A stretch of DNA of 64,000 bases from Chara braunii. Taxonomy: Eukaryota > Plantae > Charophyceae. Shown here one piece after another: positions 38,468 to 50,639 of the stretch (its first letter is position 1; each line of letters begins with the position of its first letter). The notes beneath the pieces are model-generated. The model saw only the letters and a list, made by a program, of their open reading frames with translations, made no database searches and had not been told where the DNA came from. A program made the translations under genes and the position numbers. The stretch is taken from positions 825,293 to 889,292 of the forward strand of contig BFEA01000039.1 in NCBI GenBank assembly GCA_003427395.1, in the 5' to 3' direction.

Positions 38468-41400
38468 TAAGTCTTGGAACATCTGTTTGTTTAGCATTAA
38501 ATTAAATATATTTTTGTAGAAAGAAGAAGAAGAAGAAGAAGAAGAAGAAGAAGAAGGGAAGAAAAAGGAAACGGTCGACGTCGAACTGAACGACCCTTGG
38601 TGGATTCAGAAATGTAGTATTCCCCGCCCCAACGAAAAGAAAAGAAAAGACTTGTAGTATTTCGCTCAGTGACAGCTGTTGCTTCGAGGAAGTTTGAACT
38701 CTGGTCTGTGTAATTTTATTATTATTATTTTTTTTCTCCTTAAAGGTCAACAGCTCAAGGGTCTACCAACTGAGATATGCCATCCAGTTGGTACTGCTTG
38801 CCAATTTCCCATCATGATATGGTGTACCTGGAACGTTTCACTTTTTTTTTTTTTTTTTGGGAGCCTGTAAAACATGTGTTTGGACGTCACTTCACATCCA
38901 GATAGTATATCAGATGGCTCCGCATCCTATGGCGGCAACGAGGAGGTAAAATTGTCAAAAAATATTGGCCCGGGGCCTGTTTGGTTTGGAAGCTCGATTT
39001 CGTTGAATGAAGAAAAAAAAAGAAGTGAAAAAGAAGGAGAAACTGTCGTTGTGTAATCATCGGTCTCAAGGGCTCATGATGTACTATCACTGCCATTTAT
39101 TCCTTTTTTTTTTCGCGTTTTCGTATCACTTGACTACAGTAGAGTTTGGTTTAGAGTTTATGTACCCCTGCTTTAAATTTTGCGTGTGCGGCATTCAAGT
39201 TGGTGGATAAAAAAATGTTAGAGGTGTCTGGTGCCTACATGATACACGCCCATGACGTCGAACATTAGTTGCTGCGCTTAGGGGGGTTGCGACTTTCTGC
39301 ACATTCCCACAAAAGCGTCTAGATTCGGGCGCTTAGGCAACTTTCATTGGGGTTATTTTGCAAAGATGACAGGTTGTGTCAGCAGAATGTTTCGGTCTAC
39401 CTGGATCTTTTAGGTGCATTTTGGCATATGGTTCAACTTATAGGGTTGTCTCACAAATTGTCCATTTTTTATTCTATTGTTGCATAGGGGACAAGGTCCG
39501 GTAGGGGCGACGAGTTCCCTCAATGCCTGAATGCGGCTGTGTTTTGGGGTTCTCGTAGGCTGGTCGCCGGTCCGCCCCTGACCTGCGCCCCCACGCCCGA
39601 GCGTGATATCAGTCAATGTTAATGAAATGGTAGAGGGATCAATACCTCCAGGACTGTCTGAAGAAACACAAACAATAGACAAGCATAGGAAGAACCACAA
39701 GCCACGTCGCATAGGCAAAAAACAAAAGAGTGGCTCCATGTCACAATTAGGCCATACTCACACGGGGACCTGAAGTCGCAAATATCACCAATTTGCGACT
39801 TTGGGTGCCCCTGTGGTCACACGGGTCGACTCTGTCCACAAAGGACGGTCACGGCCCTGACATTTGCAAGTCCCAGGAACTGCATGTAGGGCATACTCAT
39901 TGACCTACCGTGAGGGCACGGGTGCGCAGCCCGTAGTTTGTATATGCTTGATTGATGAAGGAGACGTTATTGGTGAGGTTTAGAAGTAGGGTGATTGTTG
40001 CATTGAAAAAAAAGAGTATTTGTGTTTGTGCTTGTGTGATACTTAGGGTGTTTGTGTTTATCCCATCTGTTATTGTTGGAATGTGTGGGATTTAGGTAAT
40101 TTGTATGTTATTAATGTATTTGATATTTGGCATACCTTGATTCATAGTTGGTGTCGAGGCTGGTGGTCCTTGAATCTTGGTCCATATGTCGTATATGTGT
40201 GTGCTTGAGTGTTTGTTGTCATAAGTTTTTTGTTAATTAAATAAAAGTTGTTTTGTCACATGTGACTCACTCAATCGGGCGTTGTGTGTGTGGGGCGTTG
40301 AATAAGTCCACGTTCAGACACATTTGTTTGCACTTGCAAATGCAATGCAGGTGTGCCGTTTCAACCTGCAGCCACACACGTGGTTAACGGGGGACCCCCA
40401 GTTTCAGCTCCTGAGTAACAGGTTCAAAACTGAAATTAGGGTTTGGGGGTGATTTTTCTTAATTTTTTTTTTGATTGTTTTTGTCTTACTTCAAGATTGT
40501 TGTGCAGTGTACCAAATTTGGTCTTATTCGGAATATTGAAATTTTTTTTGATAAGACCATTTCCAAAAACGTTGAAAATTCGTTGAATCCAAAATGTCAT
40601 TCAAGTGCACTTTTGCCTTACTGTTTTACCCTGTTTGTTAATATGGTGTGCACTCTATGGAATGATGCAATTTTTTCTTAAAAAGGGTTTCTGGTTTTCT
40701 TATAAATAGCATTAAAAAAACGCTGAAATTTTGGGTCTTCGTTAACCGCCTCTCCCCAAAGATTTACCCTGCCTGTAATCTTCAAACCTTCCAACGACCG
40801 AACAAACCCGAATCAACGACCGGTATAAGGAAGGACGACGAAAATGTTTAGGGGGGGAAATGTCTCAAGGAGGGGAAACGCACCCCTGATGGGTTGCAAA
40901 CAGAAGGACGAAAATCTCAAATTTTATTGGCATTTGGGTGGGCCTATTTGAGATATTTGGTCCTCGTGTGGTCACACGTTCAGACTTCGTCCATAAATGA
41001 CGAAGTCACGGCCCTGACACTTCGCTCTGTGGGCAAGTGTGCATAGTCACACGGGTGAGGACCAAAAATTATGAGGCAAATTTTTTTTTTCCCCATGCCA
41101 AAATAACATTAGTGTCTTCTTTGCAACATACACGTTTCGAAGTGAAGGAAGCCCCCCCCATCGTTCTCCCACGTCAGCACACTCCTCCAACAAGTGAAGT
41201 ATCGCCTCAACATCTTGTCATAAACAAAACTTCCCTCTATCTCCGTGTAGGTTTGGACATCCATTAACATTGTTGCCCCGCTATTGCCACCTCCATCTTA
41301 ATGCAGCTTTGAACGTCGCCCAGCTTCAGAAGTCTACTGGGGCTGCTACTAGTGGTGGTTAGAGAGTCATCGTCATTGTATTTTGTGTTGTTTTTGTCTA

Positions 41401-41641
41401 CGTTCGGAAGTTCATTATCGTTGGTTACAACTTTACAGTGGCAAGACCACTGTCAGCGTCATCCGACGAACTTGCAGACTAAGTGCGTTGTTGGAGCAGA
41501 AACCCTTACAAGGGTATCTGCAGGGTATTTTTAGATGTCGGACGTCCGAAAATTGTAAGAGGTTTTGACTTGATAAGGTTAACGTGCTTGTCATAAGTCC
41601 ATTCAAACCTATCTATATTTTTTTAGACATCCGACGATGAT

Positions 41642-42022
41642 AGTGATTGATTGGCGGCGCGACCAGTTATGCTACGCTCCTTGGGGGGGAACTGGGGCGC
41701 ACGACTGTTAGGGTACTAAGTTTGAACCTATTCTACTTCAAATAAGGACGCGCGGCCATATGGTCGCACGATTCATAACCTCTGTAAGTGTTAGGGATAG
41801 TCACGCCAAGTGCGTGACCACGTTATAGGGTGGAAAGGTAGTCCTACGATTAAACATAACCGGTAGAGCTTGCAGAGTCATAGGTTCGGTGAGAAGTTGG
41901 TCGTATGTTATTCTTAAACCACCAGTCCCCCCACCAACCGAAAACGAGCATTCCGGTGTGTTAGGGCCGCATTTCGTGTGGGGCGCCGGCCGATAGGCAA
42001 CCAGCGGGTCCAGTCATCCACT
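41642..42022 (+). ncRNA. Candidate highly structured RNA (~380 nt), family unknown
   Basis: Terminal closing stem plus at least seven internal helices with GU pairs and UUCG/GNRA-like loops. No ORF. Confidence 0.35.
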
Positions 42023-42567
42023 TTCGAAACACATACTTTAGCGATGTTTTTCGCACTGAATAATCCACAAAAAAAAATAAAATTTTGGGATCCGGTAAAC
42101 TAGATCGTGATCTTTCCAAAAAAAAAAAAAAAAAAAAAAAAAAGTGAAATTATCGTCGCACTAAATCAACGCATTTTCCATTTTTGCCACTTCGCCGGCT
42201 ATCGATCAACAGAAAAGTACCCTAACTCTGGGGATTTTTCTCGCTCATACCAGTTCGAAAACAAATATGAAAATTGGTGTCTTAGTAAATTACGTCGTTA
42301 TCTTTTCATAAAAAGATTAAAAAAAAGAAAAAAAGTTATAGGTAGTTAAATGACTGTCACGCCGATTCGACATATTTTCCATTTTTGCCACTGAGTTGCC
42401 TTTCCACACGGTCCTATCGGTAATCCTCATTAGTGTTTATTACCAGTCCCCCTGATTTTTCAACGTCGGGAGGGCTGATGGTTTAAAAAAAAGTGGCCAT
42501 TGACTCCTTCCACAGTCGTAGAAGAAGCTAGCCCAATATGATATGATATCAGAGTGTCACCCTTAGG

Positions 42568-42606
42568 ATCCAATGATCGAATCCAACAAGTTCATATGGG
42601 CTATAT
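42568..42606 (+). promoter_or_regulatory. Possible snRNA-type Pol III promoter (USE-like + TATA-like)
   Basis: ATCCAATGATCG at -67..-56 resembles the plant USE RTCCCACATCG. TATAT lies at about -33..-29 relative to G42635. Confidence 0.35.
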
Positions 42607-42634
42607 CCTTTTTTTATGGAGCAACTCATGAGTA

Positions 42635-42749
42635 GTGTGGTTGATCTCAACCACGCAATCTTCAGATCGCACGATTGAGATCGGTCGCGCCAAAAGATTA
42701 GCATGATCCCTGCGCAAGGATGACGCACAAAAATTGAGATTTTTTTTTT
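42635..42749 (+). ncRNA. U6 snRNA-derived unit (variant or pseudogene) with long 5' hairpin and oligo-T end
   Basis: 42694-42739 aagattagcatgatccctgcgcaaggatgacgcacaaaaattgaga matches U6 AAGAUUAGCAUGGCCCCUGCGCAAGGAUGACACGCA..AAUCGAGA. The ACAGAGA box is absent. Confidence 0.75.
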
Positions 42750-43257
42750 CTCCGATTCTCAAAGGGAATCAACCTTGGTTCTGGATTTCAGGCGGTCGTG
42801 GTTGAAAACCACGAAGTTTGACATGTCTGTTGGCCTAAGCCAACTGTAAAAATAAGAAAATAAAAATGGAAAATAAAAACTAAACGGTGTTTTTGTTATA
42901 AGTGAAATTGTTTTCATGTTCACTTTTTTTCTTAACTGTAAAATGACAGAACGAAATGAGGAAATTATAGACGAAATAACGACAAAGCAAAATAACGACA
43001 AAGCAAAATAACAACAAATCGAAATAACGACAAAGCAAAATAAGGACGAAACAATGTTCATAGCAATGCAAAGTTGAAGGAACGACAAAACAATGAGGAA
43101 AAATTAATGTGACAGTCATGCTCCCGTGTTGCCTGTGCTCAAAATATAATACAATGTCAAGTTTTTACCTCGAATGTTTACACTCGGTAAACATGTCAAT
43201 CTCATCAACAAAATATTAACTACGGACTGTAGCTTTGGTCGCACCTCATTGACTTTC

Positions 43258-44041
43258 CTATCTAATCATGGACAAAATGTCAAATGTTATTCTAAGCCTT
43301 ATATCAGAAATATTGGCTTGTGAGAAAGTAAATGGAGGGAAGTGACTTCTTGCAAGCAAAGATGAAAAACCTAACATAAAAACACTACAACTACAAGCAT
43401 CCTCTTGAGCAGGAATTTCATCTACTAACGTATCAAAGGAGGATGTAGGTCCGTCCACATGATATATTTTACGAAGATTGTGTCGATGAAACTCCGCTTC
43501 GAAAAAATATTCCAAACGTTCAAGGACTAAAACATAGTCAGCACGAGGGAGAGAGTCTATGAAGTGAAATTTACAGTTCGGACCGTCTATGCTGACATAA
43601 GCTAACGCCCAGTGATTTCCAAAATGAAGAGTGATAATCACTAAGTCATAATAAAAAAGATTTGTGTCCTTCACCCATTTCATCCCTTCGAAATATGCGG
43701 TTTCAAACCTCAAAGGACCTGAAAATCGAGTGAAGAAAAAAAAATTGAAATGTGCACAAAAGGAACTCTATCTCTTGTCACTTCTGTACATGCCGAATCA
43801 ACCTTGATGTGATCATTGGTGATCTGGACGGCTAGCAGGTACAAATTGACGACTTCGTCATTTAGCCATTTCTCATCCTCGACGATGACCATGATGTCTT
43901 CCTTTCCCACCTTTCAGCTCCCCTAGTAATCGATAATGCCGTATGCTTCATTGTCTTCGCTGCTGCCTGTAATCATGTCAAGATACTCCTTTTCTTCTAC
44001 GGTGAGACATTTTGTTGCTAAACGAATTTGGAGGTCATGAA
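43258..44041 (-). pseudogene. Ulp1/C48 SUMO protease, last exon of the giant minus-strand gene
   Basis: WLNDEVVNLY, LHFGNHW, FIDSL, PAQEDACSCSVF. GT..AG introns fit at 44525-44430 and 44121-44042. Stops and a frameshift are present. Confidence 0.9.
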
Positions 44042-44525
44042 CTGCATACAAACACACATATAAACAACAATGGAACGACTAAGACTTCATACAAAAACGA
44101 ACTTTTCGTTATGTGATGTACGACGTAGACTCGAGTTCATGTTTTTGATTGTCTATCTGTTTCGCTATCAGAGCTGTCATCCACAATAGATAAACTGCAA
44201 CCTTCGCGATGCAATTTCTTCCCTTCTTTGAGGCTTATTCCAACAACTTTAAACATCCTTAGGGCAGCTGGCTTCATAGATGGAAATGTCATGGGTGTAA
44301 GTCTTCTTCTCTCTTTTTTGGGCAATAACGGCAAAGTCGATAAGGCTTGCAAGCCACGACGAATAATATTCTTCTCACTCTGCCTTTGCGAACGTACATG
44401 CGTCGTTTTTCACAGTTCTTTTCGTCGCTCTGCATATTTAGCAATATAAAACGACAATGATTGACAAGACAAAACATTATGAGTTTAAGTTCAATTTCCC
44501 ACATAATTGCAAATAAGAGATACAC

Positions 44526-46200
44526 AATATTCTACTTCATTTCTTCTCATGATCGAGTGCACGGTTGCAAGCCTAGGGAAAAGATTAGTTCCTATGAGAT
44601 GAGTGCATGTACCCCCTAATCCGCATAAAGTATTAGATATTTCCTTAGAGATAAGTATGTGCTTACCTCGGTGGCTCACTAACGCTTTGTGTTCAACACG
44701 ACCTTCTATCACCCCATGCGATGGTGTAAAAGGAGATTCGTCGATAGATATCACGAGGTTAGCAGACTGTTGTGCTTCTGATTTTGCAACCATAAGTTCA
44801 GGCTGTACAAGCGTATGTTGCTCCCGTGTACTTAGTACTATATATCCTTCATCCTCTTCGATGGCCTGTACATTGGCAGTTTCGTTTGCACCTGCAGTCG
44901 CGCTTTCATTCTTTATGTCCAGAGAGACTTCATGCTCATCTTTCTCAGCTGGCATATCCAATGACATCTGTAATTCTACAAGTGCACCAGTATTATTCAC
45001 TTGCGCAGTAACACTTTCGCTCGCCAACACAGTGGTCGCCCAAACTTGGTCATCCGGAAGGACGTCCTCGACACATTTCGGCAGTTCTCCATGACTTACG
45101 CCCTTGACGCTTGCACCGCCGCTTCCTCCCAAATCATGACCACTTGCATCGCCTTTCGATCCCCTGCCATGTGCACCGCTGCTTGGTCCTAATCCCAGAG
45201 GCGAACCCGATCCCCTGCAATGTGCACCGCTGCTTGGTCCTAATCCCAGAGGCGAACCCGATCCCTTGTCATGTGCACCGCCGCTTGGTCCTGATACCTT
45301 TCCCTCTGTTTCTTGACGCCCTTGACACATTTCGTGGTTTTGCAGTTCACCATGACTTATTGGCTTTCCACTTGCACCGACGCTCGGTCCCAGACCCTTG
45401 CTACTGGCAGTGCCCCGTGGTTCCGATCCCTTGCCATGTTCACCACCACTTGATCTTGTTCCCTTGCCAAGCGCACCGCCGCTCGATCCTGATCCCTTGC
45501 CACTCTCATCGTCGCTCGCTCCTTTCCTTTCCCCAACTTTGTCTTCAAGTTCCTCTTCGATACGCCAATTATATCCAAAAGCTGGACTTGTTTCTCGATC
45601 ATAAAACTCTTCCAGATACTCAAGCCATCGAGATGTTTTGAATTCCTGAAAGATTTCGTCTGTCCTTGCATCCAGTCTTGATTGAGAAACCTTCGGATTA
45701 AGTCGCAGTAGTCGCTTGCCAATCTTATTTTTGGCGTGTGTGACAAACTTGGATCGTGACATACGTCTGTGGAGGCAAAATTGCCACTCCCCTTCTTCTT
45801 TTATAGCCATTACCCAGTTCCCTCTCGCCAATCCAGGTTGAAAGTGGTGGGGGTGCCATATAATGTGATGACCCCATACGTTGTCAGGCATCACCGTATA
45901 ATCGTCTCGACACACAACAGGTCCAGGAAGCCGTGCAATGTCCGGAGGGATGATGTCTTCAATCTCGTACTCCAAAGGCTGGGACGGAGGTGGTTGAGGA
46001 GTTTGAGAGCGTATCAATTCCAAAACAGTAGCCGGGCTATGTGCAAGTGTTGACAGACTTGCCATAACCTCTGGGGAGGGAATTGCCTGCACCCTCGGAT
46101 CATCCCGAACTGCGCCGGAAGATAGCGCTGTTGTGTTGCCCGCCATGTAACTGGTCCGTTGAAACTGGTCCGTTGTAACTGTCATACTCGAAGCCCCCCC
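44526..46200 (-). pseudogene. Linker of the giant gene: small globular region plus G/S-rich tandem repeats
   Basis: Long open frame 44491-46353. WGHHIIWHP...W region followed by SGGAHGKGSG-type repeats (45100-45500). Confidence 0.6.
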
Positions 46201-49200
46201 CAGAACCGGACGATGTGCCCGGCGCACCCATCTTCTGCGAAGCCGAGCTACAAGCTTTTTGCCTCTCATCTGCGAAAGCCGCTTGCAAAGTACCATTTTC
46301 ACTTTCTTCCTCCGAGTCCACAAAATTGAAGCCTTCCCCAAAACAAGTTGCATAAGCTGCGATTGTAAACGCCCCGATTTGTCCGTCGAAGTATATCATC
46401 TCCAAACGGTCTAGAAATGCAACTTCCGTCTCCGCCGGTGCCTTATGATACCCCCTCAGAAGTGATTCTATTTTTCGCCTTCTGACGATATATGCACGTT
46501 CCCCTCTGTTTTGTGGCATAGTCTCGAAAAAGAACTCCCAAATGTTGACGATGTTTTGACCAACTTTGTAGATGAGATCACGCTTTTCATCATGTCGAGG
46601 AGGCGGCTTAACAAAGTTGGCGAAGTAAAGTCAACTCTTGACCATCTTGGTGACGAATTGAACGAGAAACTCGAACTTCATACCCTCCCCTTCCAGAACA
46701 ATGCAATGACGGTGACTCTTTAACAACTCCCAAATCAACGCTGCATGACCTTTTCCCAGGAAAACAACCGCCTCATCCGCAGGACAAAAATGCTCCAATG
46801 TCTACACCATCGCATTTGACTCCCTTTCCATACCTTCGTACGCAAATTTCTCCCTTAGCTCCATACCTGCCATTTTCAACTTCGTGGACGTGAAGTTCTT
46901 CTCCACGACATCAGCCAACATCTTTGGCCTTCTCTCTCTGCGCACAAGTGCTGATAAGTCATCCGCCTGCTCGCCAGATGAGCGATCTGCAGCTGGAGTG
47001 TTTGTTGGAATGTCTTCAAACAAGGGAATAGTGTTGCGGTGATAATCCCCATCGTTGGAGTACATAATGACAATCATTCTGTCTGTGTTCTCCAAAGGCA
47101 AGTTCGCAACCTTATATAAATGTTTCGCCTTCGTTTGTTGCTGACGAGTCCACTTTAGAATAGACAAGTGAATGTCAATCTCCCAACTTGTAACTCGCTT
47201 GAAAAGTGTATACTCGCAAGACCGCGGAAAGAAGCACAATAATGTCCAATAATCACCAGCCAGTTTTCCCATGAACTTCCGCAGACCATCAAAGACTTCT
47301 TCAGTCCACACCCCTATCTGGGTTGGGTGACACAAATCCAACACGGCCGTGTGGCAACTCAGATGTTTGACGACTCTGTATATTTCCTTGGAATCCATCT
47401 CGTTTGAAATATCGCTTGGTTCCCCTTGGAATGGGACGAAAACAGAGTTCACGTTCTGTCTTTTGAAATATATATATTACGCCGAGCCCGACATTCTTAT
47501 GCTTTCCGAACCCTTGGTTTCTGATCTGAGCAACAACTTGTTGACAAACTGCACGAACTCTTCTGGGCACTTCGCAGCAAGTGACGATGTTTTCTTGAAG
47601 CCCTTTTCTCCTTTTTCCTCCTCTCCTCCAAGTGTAGCCGGGAAGGTTCACACCCAACTCATGTCTTTGAAATGGCGACGCTGGTCGATCCACCTCTCAG
47701 ACGTCAATCCTTCATCAGAGTACTTATCAAACAAATCAGAAAGGTTGTTGAAGAATGGTTCCGTCCACTCTGACGACTTCCTGTGAGGGTCAGAAATGAA
47801 GACGAAGTAGTGAAACATCCTCAATATTGCTCTTTCAATCTTCACCATTTCCACATATGTTTCCGTTGAATGTTTCCCGACACGTTGAGCAGCTCCACTT
47901 TGCTTAGGAGTCAGTTTCACACTACCTGTGAGAATGTCTCGCAACAGTTGCAGCCGTTCACGCCTCCCAAGGGCTGAAAAAGGCTTCCACGCTCTGATAT
48001 CCGGATCGTGCACAGCCACGAGGTAACCAGGTCCTTTGGTACCCTGAAACCAGTGAACCGGATACGTAACTCCACCTTTCAACTCAAATCCGGATCCAAC
48101 CCTCGGTGCCTTCCCTGATTCACCTTGTTTGGTAGCAGGCTTCACAGCATCTCTCCCCGACAATTGTCCAGCTTCCCAAGCGGCGTACACTTGTTTCACC
48201 TTTTCGACAACGTCATCTGTTGCCTTTGCCAACAACATGTAGGGCCCGAGGGCATTAGACCACTGGCCGCTCCATTGAGTAGTAAGAGACATGTCAATCA
48301 AATTACAAATCCCGATCAAACGAAGAGCCTCTCCTGCAAACTTTTTATACTCTGCATTTTTCACTTCTGTCGCTGAGCCGCCTTTAGCTTCAGGACCGTT
48401 CGACTTGTGCCACAACTTCCGTATGTTCTGGATAACCACGATCTGGTGTGGCGGGGTATTCCATTTGTCCTTGGCATTCTGGAAAGTGCTCAACGTGCCG
48501 TAATTGTTCATGCTCTTATCTGGATAACAAACAGGCCTCGCGGTCCAGCGATCCAATCGGAGCTCTTGTGCGATGTCAGGGCATTCAACAAAACACCTTC
48601 TTGCCGCTGCCACGATATGCTGACCGCTGAGAGGGTAATAGTAGTACTTGTTCACAAATTCGAGGTCGAAATCATCGGGCAGCACCCTCCTTGCTCTCAC
48701 AATCCTCCCTGAAGCGTCAGTATGCAATGTATCACGGAGGGCAACTAACAAAAGGACAGTCTTCTCATACAATGTACAAACATTCATACCGGCAGCTCCA
48801 ATCAATCTCTCTCTCATAGCATCCTCACCCGATGCAACCATTGCGTCATAAATGTCGTCAACCGTCTGTTGCACAAGATAGCGTTGATTGTATCTGAATT
48901 CCCCGTCGGGGATATCCAGAATTCGGTTGAACTGGACATAAATGAATTCCATGTCTGGACATTGATTCCCACGCTCGTCCAACTCAAGGAAGAAGCCTTT
49001 GCTGAGAACACCAGAAGAAGTCACTGATGGCACATTTCTCAAACTTGGCGGCCTAGTAACTGTCTTGCCTTTGGCCTCTTCATCCGATTGNGGTTGTTCC
49101 GCTGGAAAAACGGAAGTCTTTTCCATGACACCACCTTTTGCCTTTCTTTTCTTTGGCTGCTGCTTTTTCTTCGCGATTGCCTCAGTCTCCCGTGTTCGCT

Positions 49201-49213
49201 GGACCGCCTCCAT
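46100..49213 (-). pseudogene. ParB/Srx-like domain fused to a degenerate beta-class (N6/N4) DNA-methyltransferase-like domain
   Basis: One frame with only four stops (47648-50, 47477-79, 46802-04, 46631-33). ParB-like: YNQRYLVQQTVDDI...YYYPLSGQHIVAAAR. MTase-like: HTAVLDLCHP...ERESNAMV*TLEHFCPADEAVVFLGKGHAALIWELLKSHRHCIVLE. Confidence 0.55.
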
Positions 49214-49221
49214 TTATTGCC

Positions 49222-50352
49222 TCAGTCTCCCGTGTTCGCTGGACTTTTCCTCTCTCGCCTGTGCTTCCTCTTTCCCTCAGCGAGCCCTGCAACATCTGTA
49301 TGCCCAGCCACAACCACTGTCGCGTGCACATCCCCCTCACATCCTTCGTAGCTGCTCCCATATCCTCCTGCCAGACCAACCTCCCCACCCAATTCTCTCA
49401 TAGTGTGCTCATTGTCTTCATCCTGTCCAACCAGTCCGCAGTACGGACCCTTCTCTCCGATCTGCCGAGCTTTCGGACCAGGCAGCGTATCGGGGATCGT
49501 GATCGAAGACCCTGTCTCCACGGTTTTCAAAAACACGCATTTAGGCTCTGATATGCGGTCCTCTGGATGCACAACTGGCTCTCTGCCCGCGATCACATTA
49601 CTGTCAAGAAACCCGAGGACATCAACGAGGTTAGGCAACTTCACTGTCAATGTCCCTGGTGGGTTGAACACATCAACCAGCGACTTTCCGAACCCCGCGT
49701 GGTTGGCCCATCGAAGAGCGACGTGTTTAATGTTTGGTATTCTTTCCCCTCTTCCATTCAGGACCATCGTCAACTCGAAAGTTGCAGACGACACATTTTG
49801 TCCAGTCCACCTCACAAGGCCCCCAACCGGCACAATATTGTCTTTGATGACCACGTACAGAACAAGGCCACTCGATGGTTGTCCGGTCTCCCCCACCCAG
49901 TCCAGCATCCAGAACTTGTTCTTGTGGTCAATCACGGGCACATCGTCTCGCCGACCCGCAGCAGTCGTTTCACCAGACGCTTTACGTTCGAAAGATGGTC
50001 TACGTTCTCCAGAAGGTTTACATCCGGGCACAACCTCCACTGCAGATCTCCCCTGCTGCGAACCAGACATACGTTCCTGACCCGCAGGCCCGCCAGTCAT
50101 CAACACAGCCTTATCCGGTCCAGAGCCCCGAACATGAGTCGACGGAGTGCCCGTGGAAGGTGCACCCCTCGGAACCGGGGTGCATTGCCGCTTAGACCCC
50201 GGTGCCTCCTGACTCCAAACCCCAGCGGCCGGCGTCCCCTTCAATTTTTTCGGAGATTGTTCCATGCTCCCAGAATTCTTACTTGCTCGTCGTTTACTTG
50301 CCTTCCCCTCTCCTTCCATGTTTTGCGGCGCTGCCGAATCTGAAAGCAACAC
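49222..50352 (-). CDS. Upstream ORF or N-terminal part of the giant gene (unknown globular domain)
   Basis: 376-aa open frame abutting the ParB-like ORF, with a 27-bp duplication at the junction. Confidence 0.55.
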   Translation of the reverse strand: MLLSDSAAPQNMEGEGKASKRRASKNSGSMEQSPKKLKGTPAAGVWSQEAPGSKRQCTPVPRGAPSTGTPSTHVRGSGPDKAVLMTGGPAGQERMSGSQQGRSAVEVVPGCKPSGERRPSFERKASGETTAAGRRDDVPVIDHKNKFWMLDWVGETGQPSSGLVLYVVIKDNIVPVGGLVRWTGQNVSSATFELTMVLNGRGERIPNIKHVALRWANHAGFGKSLVDVFNPPGTLTVKLPNLVDVLGFLDSNVIAGREPVVHPEDRISEPKCVFLKTVETGSSITIPDTLPGPKARQIGEKGPYCGLVGQDEDNEHTMRELGGEVGLAGGYGSSYEGCEGDVHATVVVAGHTDVAGLAEGKRKHRRERKSPANTGD

Positions 50353-50639
50353 AGCACATCACCGTGAAGCAAAAAATCAGAAGGCCGCACAACGTTGGCA
50401 TGGCACGAGGAGCAGAAAAGTTTCAGATAGTGATAAGGCAGCGCAGCCCCTTCGTGACAAGGCAGTCCCGATCGTGTTCAATTCGATCGTGATCGTGCCC
50501 GTGGTCAACATGATCTTGTTCGGCGTGAGCGTGACAAGCCAGCTCTATCGTGTTTGACTCGATTGCGGTTGTTGAGCTCGACTGAACTCGACCGTAAGTC
50601 CAGACGCTCGTGTGCGTGTCGTATTCAACACGGTCGTTT

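Noticed and set aside
41706-41714. Telomerase-template-like ACCCTAAC on the minus strand within the structured region
   Set aside because: Only ~8 nt, and on the strand opposite to the one favoured by the predicted GU pairs.
42529-42603. tRNA- or snoRNA-sized segment closed by tagccca..tatga / tcatatgggcta
   Set aside because: No cloverleaf, no GTTC T-loop and no box D. It overlaps the putative U6 promoter.
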